A stretch of 64,000 nucleotides of DNA from Balanoglossus misakiensis (Eukaryota; Animalia; Hemichordata). Location of the stretch: the NCBI GenBank assembly GCA_040954595.2, contig CM082576.2:5678760-5742759 (forward strand). The letters run 5' to 3'. Below are positions 1-13,513 of the stretch, piece after piece; the first letter of the stretch is position 1, and every line of letters begins with the position of its first letter. A model generated the notes under the pieces. That model saw only the letters and a program-made list of their open reading frames with translations. It did no database searches and was not told the origin of the DNA. A program made the translations under genes and the position numbers.

Positions 1-801
1 ATGGCAACAAGTCGCACCTTTGATTGAATACGTTAAAATCTTACTGAATTATTGCTGTCGCAGTAATATGGGAATTTCAATTACTGACAGTCGACATGAT
101 TTTATTGCTAACTGTTCAATGTTTAGACTTGCAGAGATATATTATAGACAAGGGTAAATTTCCTACTCAGCGAAACTGCTCGCAAACAAATGCACTTTTA
201 TATTGGTGGACTAAATTAACAATGTCGATATCTTTGCAATACACTTGACATTTCATCTAGAAAACAATATTTTTATGATTTAAATAGATTACTGTAACTT
301 AGTACAATTTATAAGCAAAAAGATGTACACATGAAACAATGTCGCTGCCTGGAGTGAATTCTGATCTATAAAAGATCCAGTTGATCTTAATATCCTGTAA
401 ATTACATATTAGTCTTGGTAGAGGCACTACTGGAATTGCCCATTTTACAAACAGATTTCAGATCATTTAACAGGTGTTAAGCAATCACTGACTGATGTAC
501 AAGAAAAGGATTCTTTATAGATTAACATTTTTGTCAAATCATGTTATTTTGACATTTAAACAGTCCCACTTGGGGCTAGTACAATATAGCAGATACTAGA
601 TATTTGTTATAGCTTATACTAGACATTTTTTTTTTAAAGTTTAAAATACCACTTAAAGGCAATGGTGAATTATCCCTACAGGGTTTAGAGATTCTAGCAA
701 AGACTAAGCCAGTTGAACAAATCATAAACTTTACGCTTGGCAGATTTAGTATAATACTACTCAGCATTGTCAACTAATTTAAATGTTTCACAATTACAGA
801 T

Positions 802-891
802 TTAATCCTTTCACCTCCATTTCCCTTTGTGGGGGTCCAACTTTACCATAGAAAATGGATTGGGACCAAATCATGGTGATGAAAGGGTTAA
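802..891. mobile_element. piggyBac-like MITE (~90 bp, TTAA-flanked)
   Basis: TTAA-TCCTTTCACC...GGTGATGAAAGGG-TTAA. Internal sequence (GGTCCAAC..TACCATAG..AATGG.TT.GGAC) matches the copy at 14397-14489. Confidence 0.7.
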
Positions 892-1073
892 ATTACAAGA
901 TGTCTAAAACAAGAAATCAATAAAATCAAGTTTACAAAACTGGCCTTTCATGATATCAAGTTATAGCAATGCATCAAATTTGAAAATCCATGTCACTATT
1001 GCTAACAATGCATATTTAATTGAGATGTACAGAAATTATAGCTCTGGTCTGGGTTTCTCGTCATTTACAGCAT

Positions 1074-1200
1074 TTATATATTTTTTTCTCTTTTGTATTT
1101 TTTTTGTTTTTTTTCAATTTTTTTTCCATGTTTTTCTTTTTCACTGCTTTTTTTTTTTTTTTTTTTTCTTTTTTTTAAGTATTTCATATTACTTTTGTTT
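1074..1200. repeat. T-rich low-complexity tract
   Basis: Runs of T interrupted by single bases. This explains the spurious poly-Phe ORF at 950-1234. Confidence 0.85.
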
Positions 1201-1952
1201 CCCCCTTGACCAGGCTGTACAAAGTTGGCATTAACCATCTGAAATATGTTTCCTTATACATTTTGACAATAACAGAATATTTTCACATTATAGTTAAGTA
1301 ATCTGATGGAAAGGCTATAAAATCGGTGGGGTTGAACTGGTGCTTCACTCCTAGTAGCATTCTAATACACCACTAAATTTCTGATTCACTTGAAACATTC
1401 CACATCTTGGAAAATACTTCAGGACACGTTGAATCACTTTGGTTTGGGCTACTGGACAAATGACTTGCAAATACTTCAAGGAACTCTCTCTCACTTCACA
1501 TCCAAGGAACCGAGTGGAAAATTTTGTGGACCCCTCTCTTTTAAATATGGGTTGCTATAGCTGATCAGGATAGGACAGGCTCGCGGCTTAATTTCAGATC
1601 CTGCTGAAGACTCCTTCAATTACCACTGCATCTAAGGAAATCGCTTGATTCAGGATGGGTCGAACATCATGCCACTGAAGCTAAGGACGAAGGACGATTT
1701 TTTACATACTCCAGAAGTCCAAATTCTTCTAGTTGGATGGTAGAAACATTTGTGGGCCCCTTACATATTGATTGACTTAGTTTATACAGGTTTGAATACC
1801 TGAAAGATGATCACATGGCTACGTATTCACGACTATGTCCATAGCTTTTACTTTAACAGACTCAGAAAAATTTCCTTGTGGATGCCAAAACTTTCTGGAC
1901 GATGGCTAAATCCAAACTTGGGGGCTGGGTATTTACTGACGAACAACTTATC

Positions 1953-2075
1953 GGTGAAATGAAGGCTAGAAGCTGTTGGACATCTTTCCTGAATATTGAC
2001 TGAAGCAACTTGTTGGTGAAATGAAGCTGTTGGACATCTTTTCTGTTCTGAATATTGACTGAAGCCATCAACTTG
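1953..2075. repeat. Two-copy ~60-bp tandem duplication
   Basis: GGTGAAATGAAG..GCTGTTGGACATCTTT..CTGAATATTGACTGAAGC..CAACTTG occurs twice. Confidence 0.8.
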
Positions 2076-2902
2076 ATTACAGCATACAGTTGTGGAAAAG
2101 TCCCATTCCTCTAACTATTGATGTGGTCCCCATCTTATTTTAAGGCAACACGAAGAAAACTCTGCAAACTTCAACCACGGGTCTACCCCAGCTATCAAAT
2201 GGTTTGGTCACTTCCCTGCATTAATCAACCGGTTTGGTCACTCCCTGCATTTTCAGCTCATACGGTCACCCTTAATCTTCAGATATTCTTTTAGGCCAGC
2301 AAACACCACTCCCCTGCATCTCTCACTCGGTGCCACCAGGAAAGGAAAATCACCAACACCCACAGGAACACGCATAGACACTTGGAAACCTTTGATATGG
2401 GGAGGCCAGAGGACTCGAGAATATTGCCCAAGAAATTCATCTTATCAAGCCACACACAGCATATCCAACTTGTGACAGGAAACCTGAAAACAAACAAAAA
2501 CCCACTTTCCCCACCCTGCTATATCCCCCTTTCACAACCAGTAGATTTCCATATCATCTTTGACCTTCAAACACGATAGCATTGATAACTTTCTGAAAAG
2601 ACGCGAATTGTAGTTTTCATAATTTGACAAGTTTTTCTTGCTATAAACAACTTTGCTTTTTCGTTAACTGTCCGTGACTGACCTGAACGCGTAATCAAGG
2701 ATAAAAATTGTTTTTGAAACCAATCTTACCAGGTTGTCAGAGTAGCTGTTTCAGAGCGGTCCTTTTGTTAACATTTCAGGAAGAATGTAGCTGTAATTTT
2801 CTAGACGAATCCAAAAATCTTCAAGAACTGGCCTTTACACTGTGAGGGACCTTGATCTCTTGGCACTATGCTTTTAGGAGAACCCCCAATATATAGAGAT
2901 GC

Positions 2903-3165
2903 ACGACGCGACGTTCTTTGACTTGAATAGAGCTTGCAACACACCCTCTGAGAATTGGATCTAGCAACGGACCTTCGACTTGAATGGGACTTGCAACACA
3001 CCCTCTGGGAATTGGATCACGCGACGATCTTTGACTTGAACAGAACTTGCGACATACCCTCTGGAATTTGGATCATGCGACGATCTTTGACTTGAATAGA
3101 ACTTGCGACATACCCTCTGGGAATTGGATCACGCGGCGATTTTTCACGATTTGAGCTTGCGACCC
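2903..3165. repeat. Minisatellite, 56-57-bp unit, ~4.5 copies
   Basis: Unit GACTTGAATAGAACTTGCGACATACCCTCTGGGAATTGGATCACGCGACGATCTTT, with starts at ~2920, 2977, 3033 and 3089. Confidence 0.9.
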
Positions 3166-4950
3166 CTGTAACTGTTTCAGAAGGAAAAAAACACGCACAA
3201 ACCCCCCACAACACCTTTTTTACACAACTGACAAATTCTTCAAGTTACTTTCAAACCACGACTTAAAACTTCAACATAAGAGGTTCCACAAATTTTTCTT
3301 TAGTGATTATGCTGATCTTTTCAGACAAAAAAATTTTTATAATTAAAAAGTACCACAAGATCACCTGTCTTCTTCAGGGCAGAAACTTTCTTGAAAGGTG
3401 TATAAAAATTCTTGTTTTCAGTAATTCAATGCACTGGGACGTGGGGTCTGATTGGGAACAAACCAGCGGAAGTTTTGATCCTTAAGGACTCCTTCAAAGT
3501 CTTGTCTTCACCACCTAATAACACCATAGACAAAAAAGAACACGCATGCGCAAAGCAATTCATCCCTACAACAGCTCGATTGCATTACACGCTATAAAAT
3601 CTGTTATGATGAAAGTGATTTCGTGCGTTTATTACGCAATTTACATTTGTCACGCAATGATTGTCAACAAATTTTATCACGAAACTGCCATGGTGGTATT
3701 TGAGTTTGCGAGAAAAAAGACGGCAAATTGTACATCATGGAAATACCGTACAACCTTGAGATGGAAAACCTCTGCGTTGCTCTTTCCCGGAGTTCACAAA
3801 CTGTTGCTTCTTGATTTTTGGAAAACTTCAACGGATTTTCCCCAGGTACACCAATTCAAAGTTTTTATCGATTCTTGGTCTTCAGAGGACAGTCGACTTT
3901 TGAAGCCTAAGACTACATACACGAAAGAGAACATGTGCACAACCAAACACTGCAATTGCTTTCCACAAATAGAACACACGCGGCTTGACCAGTAACGGAT
4001 AAAGGATTTCTTAGCGGAACGGTTGTTTCTCTGTTGAATCGAATTGTATAGGTAGACAGTGGCGCTGCTAGTCGTTTTCTTGAAACCAGAGGGGAATTTC
4101 AGAAGTAAATTTACATCAATTCAAAATACCCGAAATCTTCGGTGGACAACTGTTATATACCAACGGACTTGAACCTTTGCCTGTCCCTTGCATGTAGAAG
4201 CCGATTTTGCAGCAAGTCGTTGCACTTTGCCTAGCTCCATTTTCAGATTTTCTCTCTTCATGCTCTTCAGAAGTCATCTTTACACATGAACTTGTTTATC
4301 GCTTTCACTGTCTGACTGTATCTTCCGGACATCGGACATATTACCTGGGTTTTTAGAGACTGGATAGAACAAAACGCAAGCGCAACTACGAGCAATTTCC
4401 TCTTATCATTCTTGAACAAGTTGATCACCATGAAGTTTTTAAAAATATGCTAAAAAGATTTCAACTCAACAATCAAGCTATCATTGAACGAAGTTTAGAC
4501 TTGAAACATTGCGCATTTGCTCACCAAGGCACATTTGATTACCAACTGGGCCATCTCAGCACTCCTGGCTTTACACCTTAGCAGGGCCATCTTGGCACTT
4601 CTGGATTTCAATTAAAGATTTGAAGTAAAGCTCTTCAATGTCTTCTTGACCATTTGTCACCCGCGGTTTCATACAAGATGTACATTTTTCATGTTCTCCT
4701 CGGTCATAACCCTGGGATTTGTTTGAAAGAACAAATGTTGACAGAAAAGGGGGGGGGGGCAACATTCCTAACTGGAGGTTAGCATCTGCAGAAAGGGGCA
4801 TTGGAATATTCATGTCAGAGTTGTTTCTCATCCTTCACAATTTTCAGTTTTCCATCAGATCTTCGTTACTTTTCAACTAAATACAAACGGATAGAAAAAT
4901 TGGCAAAAAAACACGGTGGGATATTGAAGCTCTAGTATTAATAAACGGTG

Positions 4951-5172
4951 CTTGCACATACGATCCGTTTCTACCTGGTTTTCCAGTAGGTATACTTCAA
5001 AGTGCAGCTTTTGGTCCTTTCAAGACAGGTTTGCACAACCGACGTGTTTCTACCTGGTTTTTCCAATAGGTTTACTCCACTTAAATGTAGGTTTGGGGCT
5101 TTCCTTGCACTTAGATGTTTCTACCGGGTTTTCCATTGGATTAACTCTACGGAAGTGTGGGTTTGGGTTCTT
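4951..5172. repeat. Diverged tandem repeat, ~75-bp unit x3
   Basis: TTGCAC...GTTTCTACC(T/G)GGTTTT(T)CCA core at ~4967, 5046 and 5117. Confidence 0.75.
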
Positions 5173-8100
5173 TAGAGTTTTCAGCAGACAACCTATAAAG
5201 GCAAGAAAGAAATACACCCCCTCCCAACGCCCGCAAGTACATTCACACTGTCATAGCACATTCCTTTCACCATTTTTTTCTTCTTGGCGTATTGCCAGTT
5301 ACCACTTCCCTTGTTATCAAAGTAACGACTATTAGGAGCCGGAATAAAGACATTTTCCAAGGCAATCTTTGATAAATCTGTGAACTTGTGTTAATGTTAA
5401 CAAGATGAACACATACAGACTGTAACACATCCAATACCACACAACTACTGGTCAATTACAACATTTCTATTAGGAAAAGTCCTCGCAGGAAAAACACGGT
5501 ACCTTTCGAGCTTGTTCGCAAACCACTATTCAGACTCTACAAGCCACCAGCAATCTTGTATATTCATTCACCTGCTTCAAAATTAAGAAACAAATTATCC
5601 CCCCCCCCCCACCAGCACAAACCCTCATTTTATACACTCAAGCATGCCAAATATATTCAGTCTATTAGTGCAGAATGGAGCTGTCATTTAGTTATTAATG
5701 CCAGAAGATAATCTATAGAAATGATGTAAAACTAAATCATTAAACTGACATCGTGATTTCCGCGTGAAAGCATTTTAACAAAACCTACAGTTGAATACAT
5801 TATTCAGAAAAAAAACGTGAAGTAGGGAAAACATGCTATTTAAATTACAAAAGTATGCAATAAATTGCTTATCTTACAGCTACCAGGATCCAAACATGGA
5901 GTCTGTTTCAATCAGGAAAAAAAAAGAAAATATATTAGCTGACCCCCCTCCCCCCTCAAGGACCTCTTTTAAACTTCAAAAGCCAAGTTATTACACAGTT
6001 GTACCACTTTCGAAATTTCATAACTCACAAATTCCATCCAAAAAAACATATCTCTCCTCTAGTAGAAAATTATGAGGGAAAAACATGAGGTAGTCTTGTT
6101 GAGAAAACCTAAAATTTCTTAATTGTTAACACCTACTTCATACCAGTAGTAAAATCTCATTATGGGGTTAATCTGGAAAAAGTTCCATGATCCTGATCGA
6201 ACCAGTCAAGGATGCTTGCATTATCTGTACAGAACTGAATAAAAATGACATGAAGTTCCCCCCAAAAACCCCAAACTTTTATCTTGCCACATGGCAGCAT
6301 TTCATCACAAAATTTGCAGTCCATTTTTAAGAAAAATTACAGATATGATTACTTTTCCTGCTCACTGATCAATCGTTCAACTATTACAAGAATATGCAAT
6401 TATTCAGTAACTGTAAGTAAACGAACATCTCTAAGGTTAGAATACTAAAACTTGCCTGAATAACACTCAAAGCACAGCTCACATCTACTTGCTTGATATT
6501 GGAACTTGAAAGCAATTTTTCCACACCTAGAAAACCTGCAACCTCAATTCTCAAGAGGAAAAAACATGCAAAAGTACCAAACAACTCCAGGGAAAGCATA
6601 AATGGGGTAGCTTAAAATCTTCAATTGTGAAGGGGAAAAATCTTATCTTGCTTCGAAAAAACTCTGACGGCAAGGACAGACTGTTGACTAGTGGAACAGT
6701 TGCAAGCAAAGCAATGTGTTTAACGAAGACCAGCGGAACTTTGGACTTACATGTACATTGTGGGCTCAAACCTTACAAACAACCGTGGACCTACAAGTAA
6801 AAAGAAAATACATCCACGCGCAAAGCAGAAGCACACACAAACATCAAATGTGCATAGATTGAAGATTATAATACATTGAATGAATGAACAAGAAAGCATG
6901 CTAATCAGTAAATTTATCATGTAAATGACGTGCTAGGTTTTTTTTGCTGTAACACAAACTAAGTGATGTTAAATTACGGCAAATGTAGAAAATTATGGCA
7001 AATGTAGAGGTTACCTTTCAAAGTGGTCAAAGGAAAGGGGAATATAGACTACACAAGAATCTGCTTACAGTCATGCTCACACTTCAGACTTGCTCGGTGT
7101 CAGGACAAACTTCTGTTTATCTTGCACATAGGCCAATACCATAACTTCACCGTGTTTACTAACTTCAAGGAGTAACATAAAACAGAAAGGTGAGTTCGCC
7201 CCCCACCCCTTTCAATCACCCAAAATTTTCTTTGTAGCTCCAAACCTGGCTGGCTGGCTGCCACTTTGCCGATTAGTCTACACCTCCGTTGCTACATCAC
7301 CCTGGGGTTTTTCTTCAGTACAGATCTAATCTTCATCCCTGACCTGGTGGTAAACACGGCTTCTATGGTACTTCCTTAATAAAACTTCCAACTACCATTT
7401 CCACAGTGTTTTAAACTTCCTTCTTTTTACTTCAAATACATCAGTTCTTCTATTCAGAAGCAGTCTTACAATAAAGATTCTTCTTGCTGATTATGGAACA
7501 GCTACAGTTACTATGGAGCTACATACATGGACGCTTCATGAGCCATTAAGAAGTGCTGTGAAACTTGCCTGAAAATTATCTCTGGAAGAGTAGATTCGGT
7601 CAGCGACGTCTAATTACTGCTTGTTTAATTTTAAGCTCCTCACTTCGGGTCATCAAAAATCTTCTCTCCTTGTACTAGCTTGAAGCGACATGATGAACAT
7701 TCATCGAGCTATTTAAAACTTGAGTTAGCCCTTCAAAATAGCGTAGTGCTTACAACATCTTTCCTCATTTTAGGCTCATCTGCTCTCTCGGTTCTAGAAT
7801 CGGATCACGGAAGACCTGGCTGTCTATGTAGGATCTGGCTGTCTAGTGATTGAAATCAAGACTTGGCCCGTCCTTACTGTTAACTTTTTGGGAAAAAAGT
7901 AACAAGTTGGGAAGCCGATTTCGTAGACATAATGCACAGTCCCCCAATCTTCACTCTTCCTGCTCGGTCTGTCTGGAGATGGAACTTCTTCTCTACTCTT
8001 ATAAAAAGAGAACGGAATGCACATAGACAAAATGCCAACGTTACGATCACAATACCTTTGTCCAAGGCGTACGTAGTCCAATCGAGATCATGTAACACCA

Positions 8101-8289
8101 CCCATTTCAAGTTTCCTAAGCACATTTGAGGCTGTGAAAACCGAAGCAAATACAGAACCACGAAAGATACAACGAAACATGGCACAACCAGTGCCCTTCT
8201 CAGAGCAAAACTTGAAAATCGGACAACCGATAAACAACTCCTAGCTGGCAGATCAACACATCCCTCCTGCTTCTCCAAAGCTGAGGTGT

Positions 8290-8333
8290 CCAATGTAACG
8301 TTACCAACGGATGTTTGTCAGCTTATATACCCC
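8290..8333 (-). promoter_or_regulatory. TATA-box core promoter
   Basis: Minus strand reads GGGGTATATAAGCTG, followed ~25-30 nt downstream by TTACATT (Inr-like). A CCAATCAG motif lies at ~8599. Confidence 0.45.
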
Positions 8334-9309
8334 AACAAACCAGTGCACTCAAAAGAACATACGCGACTGTAAAAATAATTCCCGCTTGATACCAAATTTC
8401 TCTTCGTACAGAACAACAATTACAGCACATTTATGATGGTGCTACCGGTACAAAATGTTGAAGTTATTTTCTGTCATTAAGGATCGTCAAAATCCTCAAA
8501 ATATTACTTTTGTCAGATAAACAAATGCGTGTTTGCGGCTGAATCGCCAAAAAATTGAAGTAAACAGTCTGTGACGCTCTATTAAAACGCTTATTCAGCC
8601 AATCAGATGAGTATAGCCTCTATTTTAAGAACAATGACGCCACCGGAACGTTTTGACCTGCACGTATTACGTACGTATGTGCGCGTCCCCCATAAGTAGC
8701 TCCATATTTGGTAATGCCATTGTGATCGTAATCAACAAACAGGCATGTTCTGATGTTGTATATGTACTCACTGTTTATATGACGCCAACTATACACAATT
8801 ACCAAAAATTGAAAATCAAATTACATCTAGAATGTTCCCTTCTTTATACCGACAATCTGTACAAGAGCTGTGGCACTATCATGAATAATCTAGATTTCGT
8901 AATTTTAACCGGAAAGTGGTCACGGGGAAAGCAATATATCAATATGTGTGTTGTGACTGACAACATGGAAAAACCACAGATGGGTGTAAAAAAAACTTAA
9001 TTCAAATGGAGGTGGTACCACACCTTGTGATAGCTGGAATGTTACAATGAATTTATATCACATAATTTTAATGAGATCTTTCTGGTTCTTTCTTTGAGTA
9101 CTGTAGCTTGTTTACGCCTTAAATTGAATAAAGGAGGCCATGACACAGACGTCAGATACGCGTCATGCATATCAATACATACGCGCACGTACGTCCTCCA
9201 TGCGGTAACGAGTTCACCGCCCGGGTTCACCGACCGTGAACTACTGTCAAAAGTTTGAGCATGCGTGATAAATATTCGAGAATCAAAACAATCGTGGGGC
9301 CCCTATCTC

Positions 9310-9375
9310 TAGTCTGGGTGTAGCCCAGCAAAAAACCAAAACACACACACACACACCAGTCAGGATTCCAGACTA
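9310..9375. mobile_element. Possible tiny MITE with TAGTCTGG/CCAGACTA ends
   Basis: 8-bp terminal inverted repeat enclosing a (CA)n run. The TSD is not clean. Confidence 0.3.
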
Positions 9376-10543
9376 TCTATCCTAGGCTGATTGGTCGGAA
9401 TATTGTTTTACAGACACGGTTGGTTTATGACCATCTTCATCTTCAATGAATGATGTCAATAATTAGGAGTCCATGAGGGGAACGGGAGGCTTTTTGAGAA
9501 AATATATATTATTGACAATCAGGCTTGATTGATGGCCATGATGGCGGCCATATTGTCTCTCAACTACAAAACCCTGAAAAGGAAAAGAAACCCGCATGCG
9601 ACCGTGGGGAAAAGTATGCTTCCGTAGAGCTTCGGCGCTACCTTGAAGTAACTGTGTAATATATTGATTTTCCTGGTTATTGAAAGCTGATTAACCCTAA
9701 AACTTTTGGGCAAAAATTGGTCACGCCACGCTTTCATTCACGCCACTGTTGGTAAAAGATATCCCACAATGCAGTTCTTAATTCTAGGAATTAAATCCAA
9801 GATGGCGCTGGTTTGGCAAAAACCTCGCCAGCCGTGTATTTTGTCAAAAGATCAACTCATTCTCAGATTGCTTACATTTAGTGTTCACCAGAACTTCATG
9901 GTTATATTCCTTGACACCTATTGCACAAAACAGAGGAGTATTAGTATTTCCTCCGGTTTACCACATAAATGTTAACAACTTGTACTGTTGTAGTTTGCGG
10001 AATATACGATATTGTGGGTGTTTTGCATCAACAAATATGGAACATTTAGGAGATATACAGGGCATAAATACGATATTGTGGGCGTTTTGTATAAACAAAT
10101 ATTGAGAGTTTTGTCGGTCATGGCCGCATGAATAATCAGTCTGTTGTCATCGGCACCATACCAAGGTCAAGCTTGGAATGATGCATCACGGGATAGCTGC
10201 CATGTCATGGGTGTCCTGTAGAGGGCGCTCATGTGTGGGACGCATCCGGTCCTCCATCCGGCCTGGTTGGCCGGCTGGCCTTTGTACCGGCATGTTCATA
10301 GCAACAGACAGATACTCGAGTGTCTATAATTTATCTGTTTATGGTATATCGAAAATATCATGAAAAATAGATTCCTATTTTCCTGCAGAATTTTCCAGAC
10401 TCACAAAAATATCCCCTCAAAATTCATGCTTGTATCAAAATCATAATTATATCTTCATCAACATAAAACTGACAGTAAACAATGTCACTTCAATATACAT
10501 CTTTTTTAATGAGCAACAAATATGTCCAAAAATTGTCAAAATG

Positions 10544-13151
10544 TCACGATGGCACTAATGTTCTTGTGTTATCAAGTTCTTGTTTTTTCTCTTGACTTGG
10601 AAAGCCCACCATTTTGGCACTAACATCCCATAATTTCTCAGCAACGGTGTCATCTTTTCCACTAGGAGCACAGTCCTTTTCCTTGCAATTGCTGCAGCAA
10701 AAGAAAACAAACAAAGCAAATAGTAGTAAGACAAAGCTGTTAGTTTCAACCGACAGCCAAGCCGGAGTTCTCTGTTGGGAACTATTCCAGCTTGCTACAT
10801 CTTTTGAAGAATGGCCACTCCACTCATAATTAGACACTTTTAACATTTTGTGTGGTGAAAGACACATGTTTGGCACACTTATGTATATGAAATTAAAAAG
10901 TCAAATCAAAACAATCTAAAACTGATGAGTTAACAGTAATGTTAATTTTTTTAACAAGTTAACTTACACAAAATATTTGCCAGATACATTCTCAAGTTCT
11001 TCTGCAACAGCACAGTACACACTGGTCTGTGCACCTTGCGCTGGTGTTCTCACAAATAGCCAGAATAACGGACCCAGTACTGACATGGAAAATCCAGACT
11101 GGTGCAAATTTGTATGTCTGCCTATCTGAGTTTCCACTATTCCCGGGTGGAGTGCATTCACCGTGACCCCAGTTCCTGTGTGGCCGAGAAAAAAGCAGAA
11201 TGATTGGTGGTGATCATGCACTGCTCAGCTGCACTGAGAGACATACACCGTGAAATGAACACATTTTTCTTACGGGGAACTGCTGAAAAATCATAAACGG
11301 ACCAACCTTTCATTCTTTTGCCGAGTTCTCGTGTGAATAAAACAAGAGCCAATTTACTGTCAGAATATGCTTCAGAACTCTGATAGTGTTTCTCCGCATT
11401 CAAATTGTCAAATTCTATTCTCCCCCTTGTATGTGCTATAGAGCTGACATTGATGATTCTGCTCGGTGCAGAGTCTTTTAAATTATCCATGAGCAGATTT
11501 GTGAGAAAAAAATGTCCTGGGAAAGAAAAGAAAATGTTAATTTCGATCAGTGGGTTGGCTTTGACACTTTTTTTAATGACACTCCCTCTACATGTCATTC
11601 CAACACAAGCAAAATGAAAAATGTAGATGAGAAACGTGCAGGATTTATCATGTCGAGATAAAATGGAAGTATACATGTACTACAACCAGATTTAATGTCG
11701 TAATACACTGACTGAAACTGCATATATTATTTATCATATAAGCCAAATTAGCATGTTGTCCAATACTTGTATTACCTAGGTAATTAACACCAAACTGCAT
11801 TTCAAATCCCTCAGCTGTCTTCCAGCGTGGACATCTCATCACTCCTGCATTGTTTATAAGGACATGCAACTTCTTCTCTTCTATTCAATAGAGAAAGAAA
11901 TGTCACATTTTAGGTAAACTTCAATCAAATCTGGGATTTCAAGCAGGAACTGACTTCATGGGTGGAAGTCATCCATGTGTATTCAAAACTGGATAGTTTG
12001 CACTGTTGGCAATAAACCTCAACATGCTTGTGTCTGCCTACCTGGTAAGTGGTTGTTATATGAATTGCCAAATATATATTACAAATTCCAGTGTCACAGA
12101 ATACGGATGGGGTAAAGGAAAAATAATTACTCCTGCACACGCATGATATCTCGAGACCCACACCAACACCAACAAAACATTACTTCCCTTTCTTTTCAAA
12201 CCTTCAAAATTACCCCAACGACAGTTCAGTTTATTGATAACAGTAAATGCAATGTGCTACCTGTTTGAAAATTCGCCACAAATGTTTTGATAGATTCCAG
12301 AGATGACAGGTCCAGCTGAAGCGCTTTCACATTTGGATTTTTTGTGTCTTCAATGATTTCTTTGGCTGCAGCTGTGGCTTTCTCCAGATCGCGACAGGCC
12401 AAGATAATCCGCCCACCTGGAACAGAAATATGGAAATTAACACAGCTAGATTACCCAATGTGAAAAACACAGGGGTGGCTATGAAATTTACATTGGAGCT
12501 TTTATATCATAATATCGATGATATTAAGCTTTGAAAATTTACATCTATCATGACATCATCAATAATATTACCTCTTCTTGCTAACTCAAGAGCAGTTTCT
12601 TTTCCAATACCACTATTGGCACCAGTAATTATCACAGTTTTACCATCTATCCTGGCACTGCTGGTGCACTTTTCTCCACGATAGTAATCCCTGGTGGAAA
12701 AAATGATATGATACCGTAAGTATGAACCCAATGTATTGAGTTTATAGACTGCATGTACATGATTTGATGGCTGGGGGATGTATGACACATCTACATTTTG
12801 AAGAACTGTGACTGGGGAATCTCCAATGACAAAACCAGAATGAATCATTGGACATTTCTGGGACAGTGCATTGAGTGTTTGCGCCAGCTAATTCCACTAA
12901 CGTTTATGGTTGTTACTTGACTGTATTTGTCAGACAGAAAATCCTATGCACAAAGGGATATTCCCTTGCTTGATGAACACCTACAAAACACAACTGCTAG
13001 TATAGTAATACGTTGTCAATACACTTCAATAAGTACACGCGCACACTGACACACGTGTGTGTACTCACTTAACTAACACAGTTATACCAACACCGCTACC
13101 GACTATTGAAAGTGGAACGGCAAGACCAGCGAGTCTGTTCAAAATCCCCAT
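10544..13151 (-). CDS. RDH13: Retinol dehydrogenase 13-like short-chain dehydrogenase/reductase (7 coding exons)
   Basis: Exons encode MGILNRLAG..., [25 protein letters not shown] (TGxxxGIG), [25 protein letters not shown], catalytic [29 protein letters not shown] and [13 protein letters not shown]. These segments resemble RDH13 more than RDH11/12. Confidence 0.85.
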
Positions 13152-13513
13152 CACACTCCAGATAGGATTACAGGTTACTGTCCCTTTATGCAAGGGATGG
13201 TTTCTCCTGTTATGTTTTGCCAGCAAGCTCACATCAATGAACATATGACATACAGCACGCTGCAATTTAGCGCCCTCTAACGCGGAAGTAGTGCGAACTG
13301 CTATGATCGTAGTACATTTTCTTGAAAAAATGCAACAAGTAATTTTTTGCGCATTAAACCAACTGTTTAGAACATACTTTTTACATTATATATATAACTT
13401 TATTGTTTGAAAGTCAGTAAATAAAAGGAAAGTCAGTAAACATGAAAAAAACAGGCCCAGTTTTAAGTAAAGACATCGTTGTAAACTTTTTTACTCAGAC
13501 TTACGTTTGCGCG

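Larger units (their letters stand above)
100..8300 (-). ncRNA. Putative multi-exon long non-coding transcript (3' end uncertain)
   Basis: Minus-strand TATA box (GGGGTATATAAGC, ~8321-8333). Several minus-strand GT..polypyrimidine-AG introns: 7014-6791, 3364-3172 and 2729-2484, with further strong acceptors at ~6235, ~5572, ~5193, ~4877 and ~3515. No ORF with recognisable homology, and ATG-started minus-strand ORFs are under ~90 aa. Confidence 0.45.

Noticed and set aside
2903-3165. CRISPR-like array
   Set aside because: Contiguous tandem units with no unique spacers, eukaryotic context and no cas genes.
6086-6100. TGAGGTAGT resembling the let-7 5' end
   Set aside because: The match stops after ~9 nt and no hairpin partner is evident.
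8630-9270. Possible TIR element bounded by ACGTACGT/GCGCG motifs
   Set aside because: Only short, imperfect inverted similarity; no definable ends or TSD.
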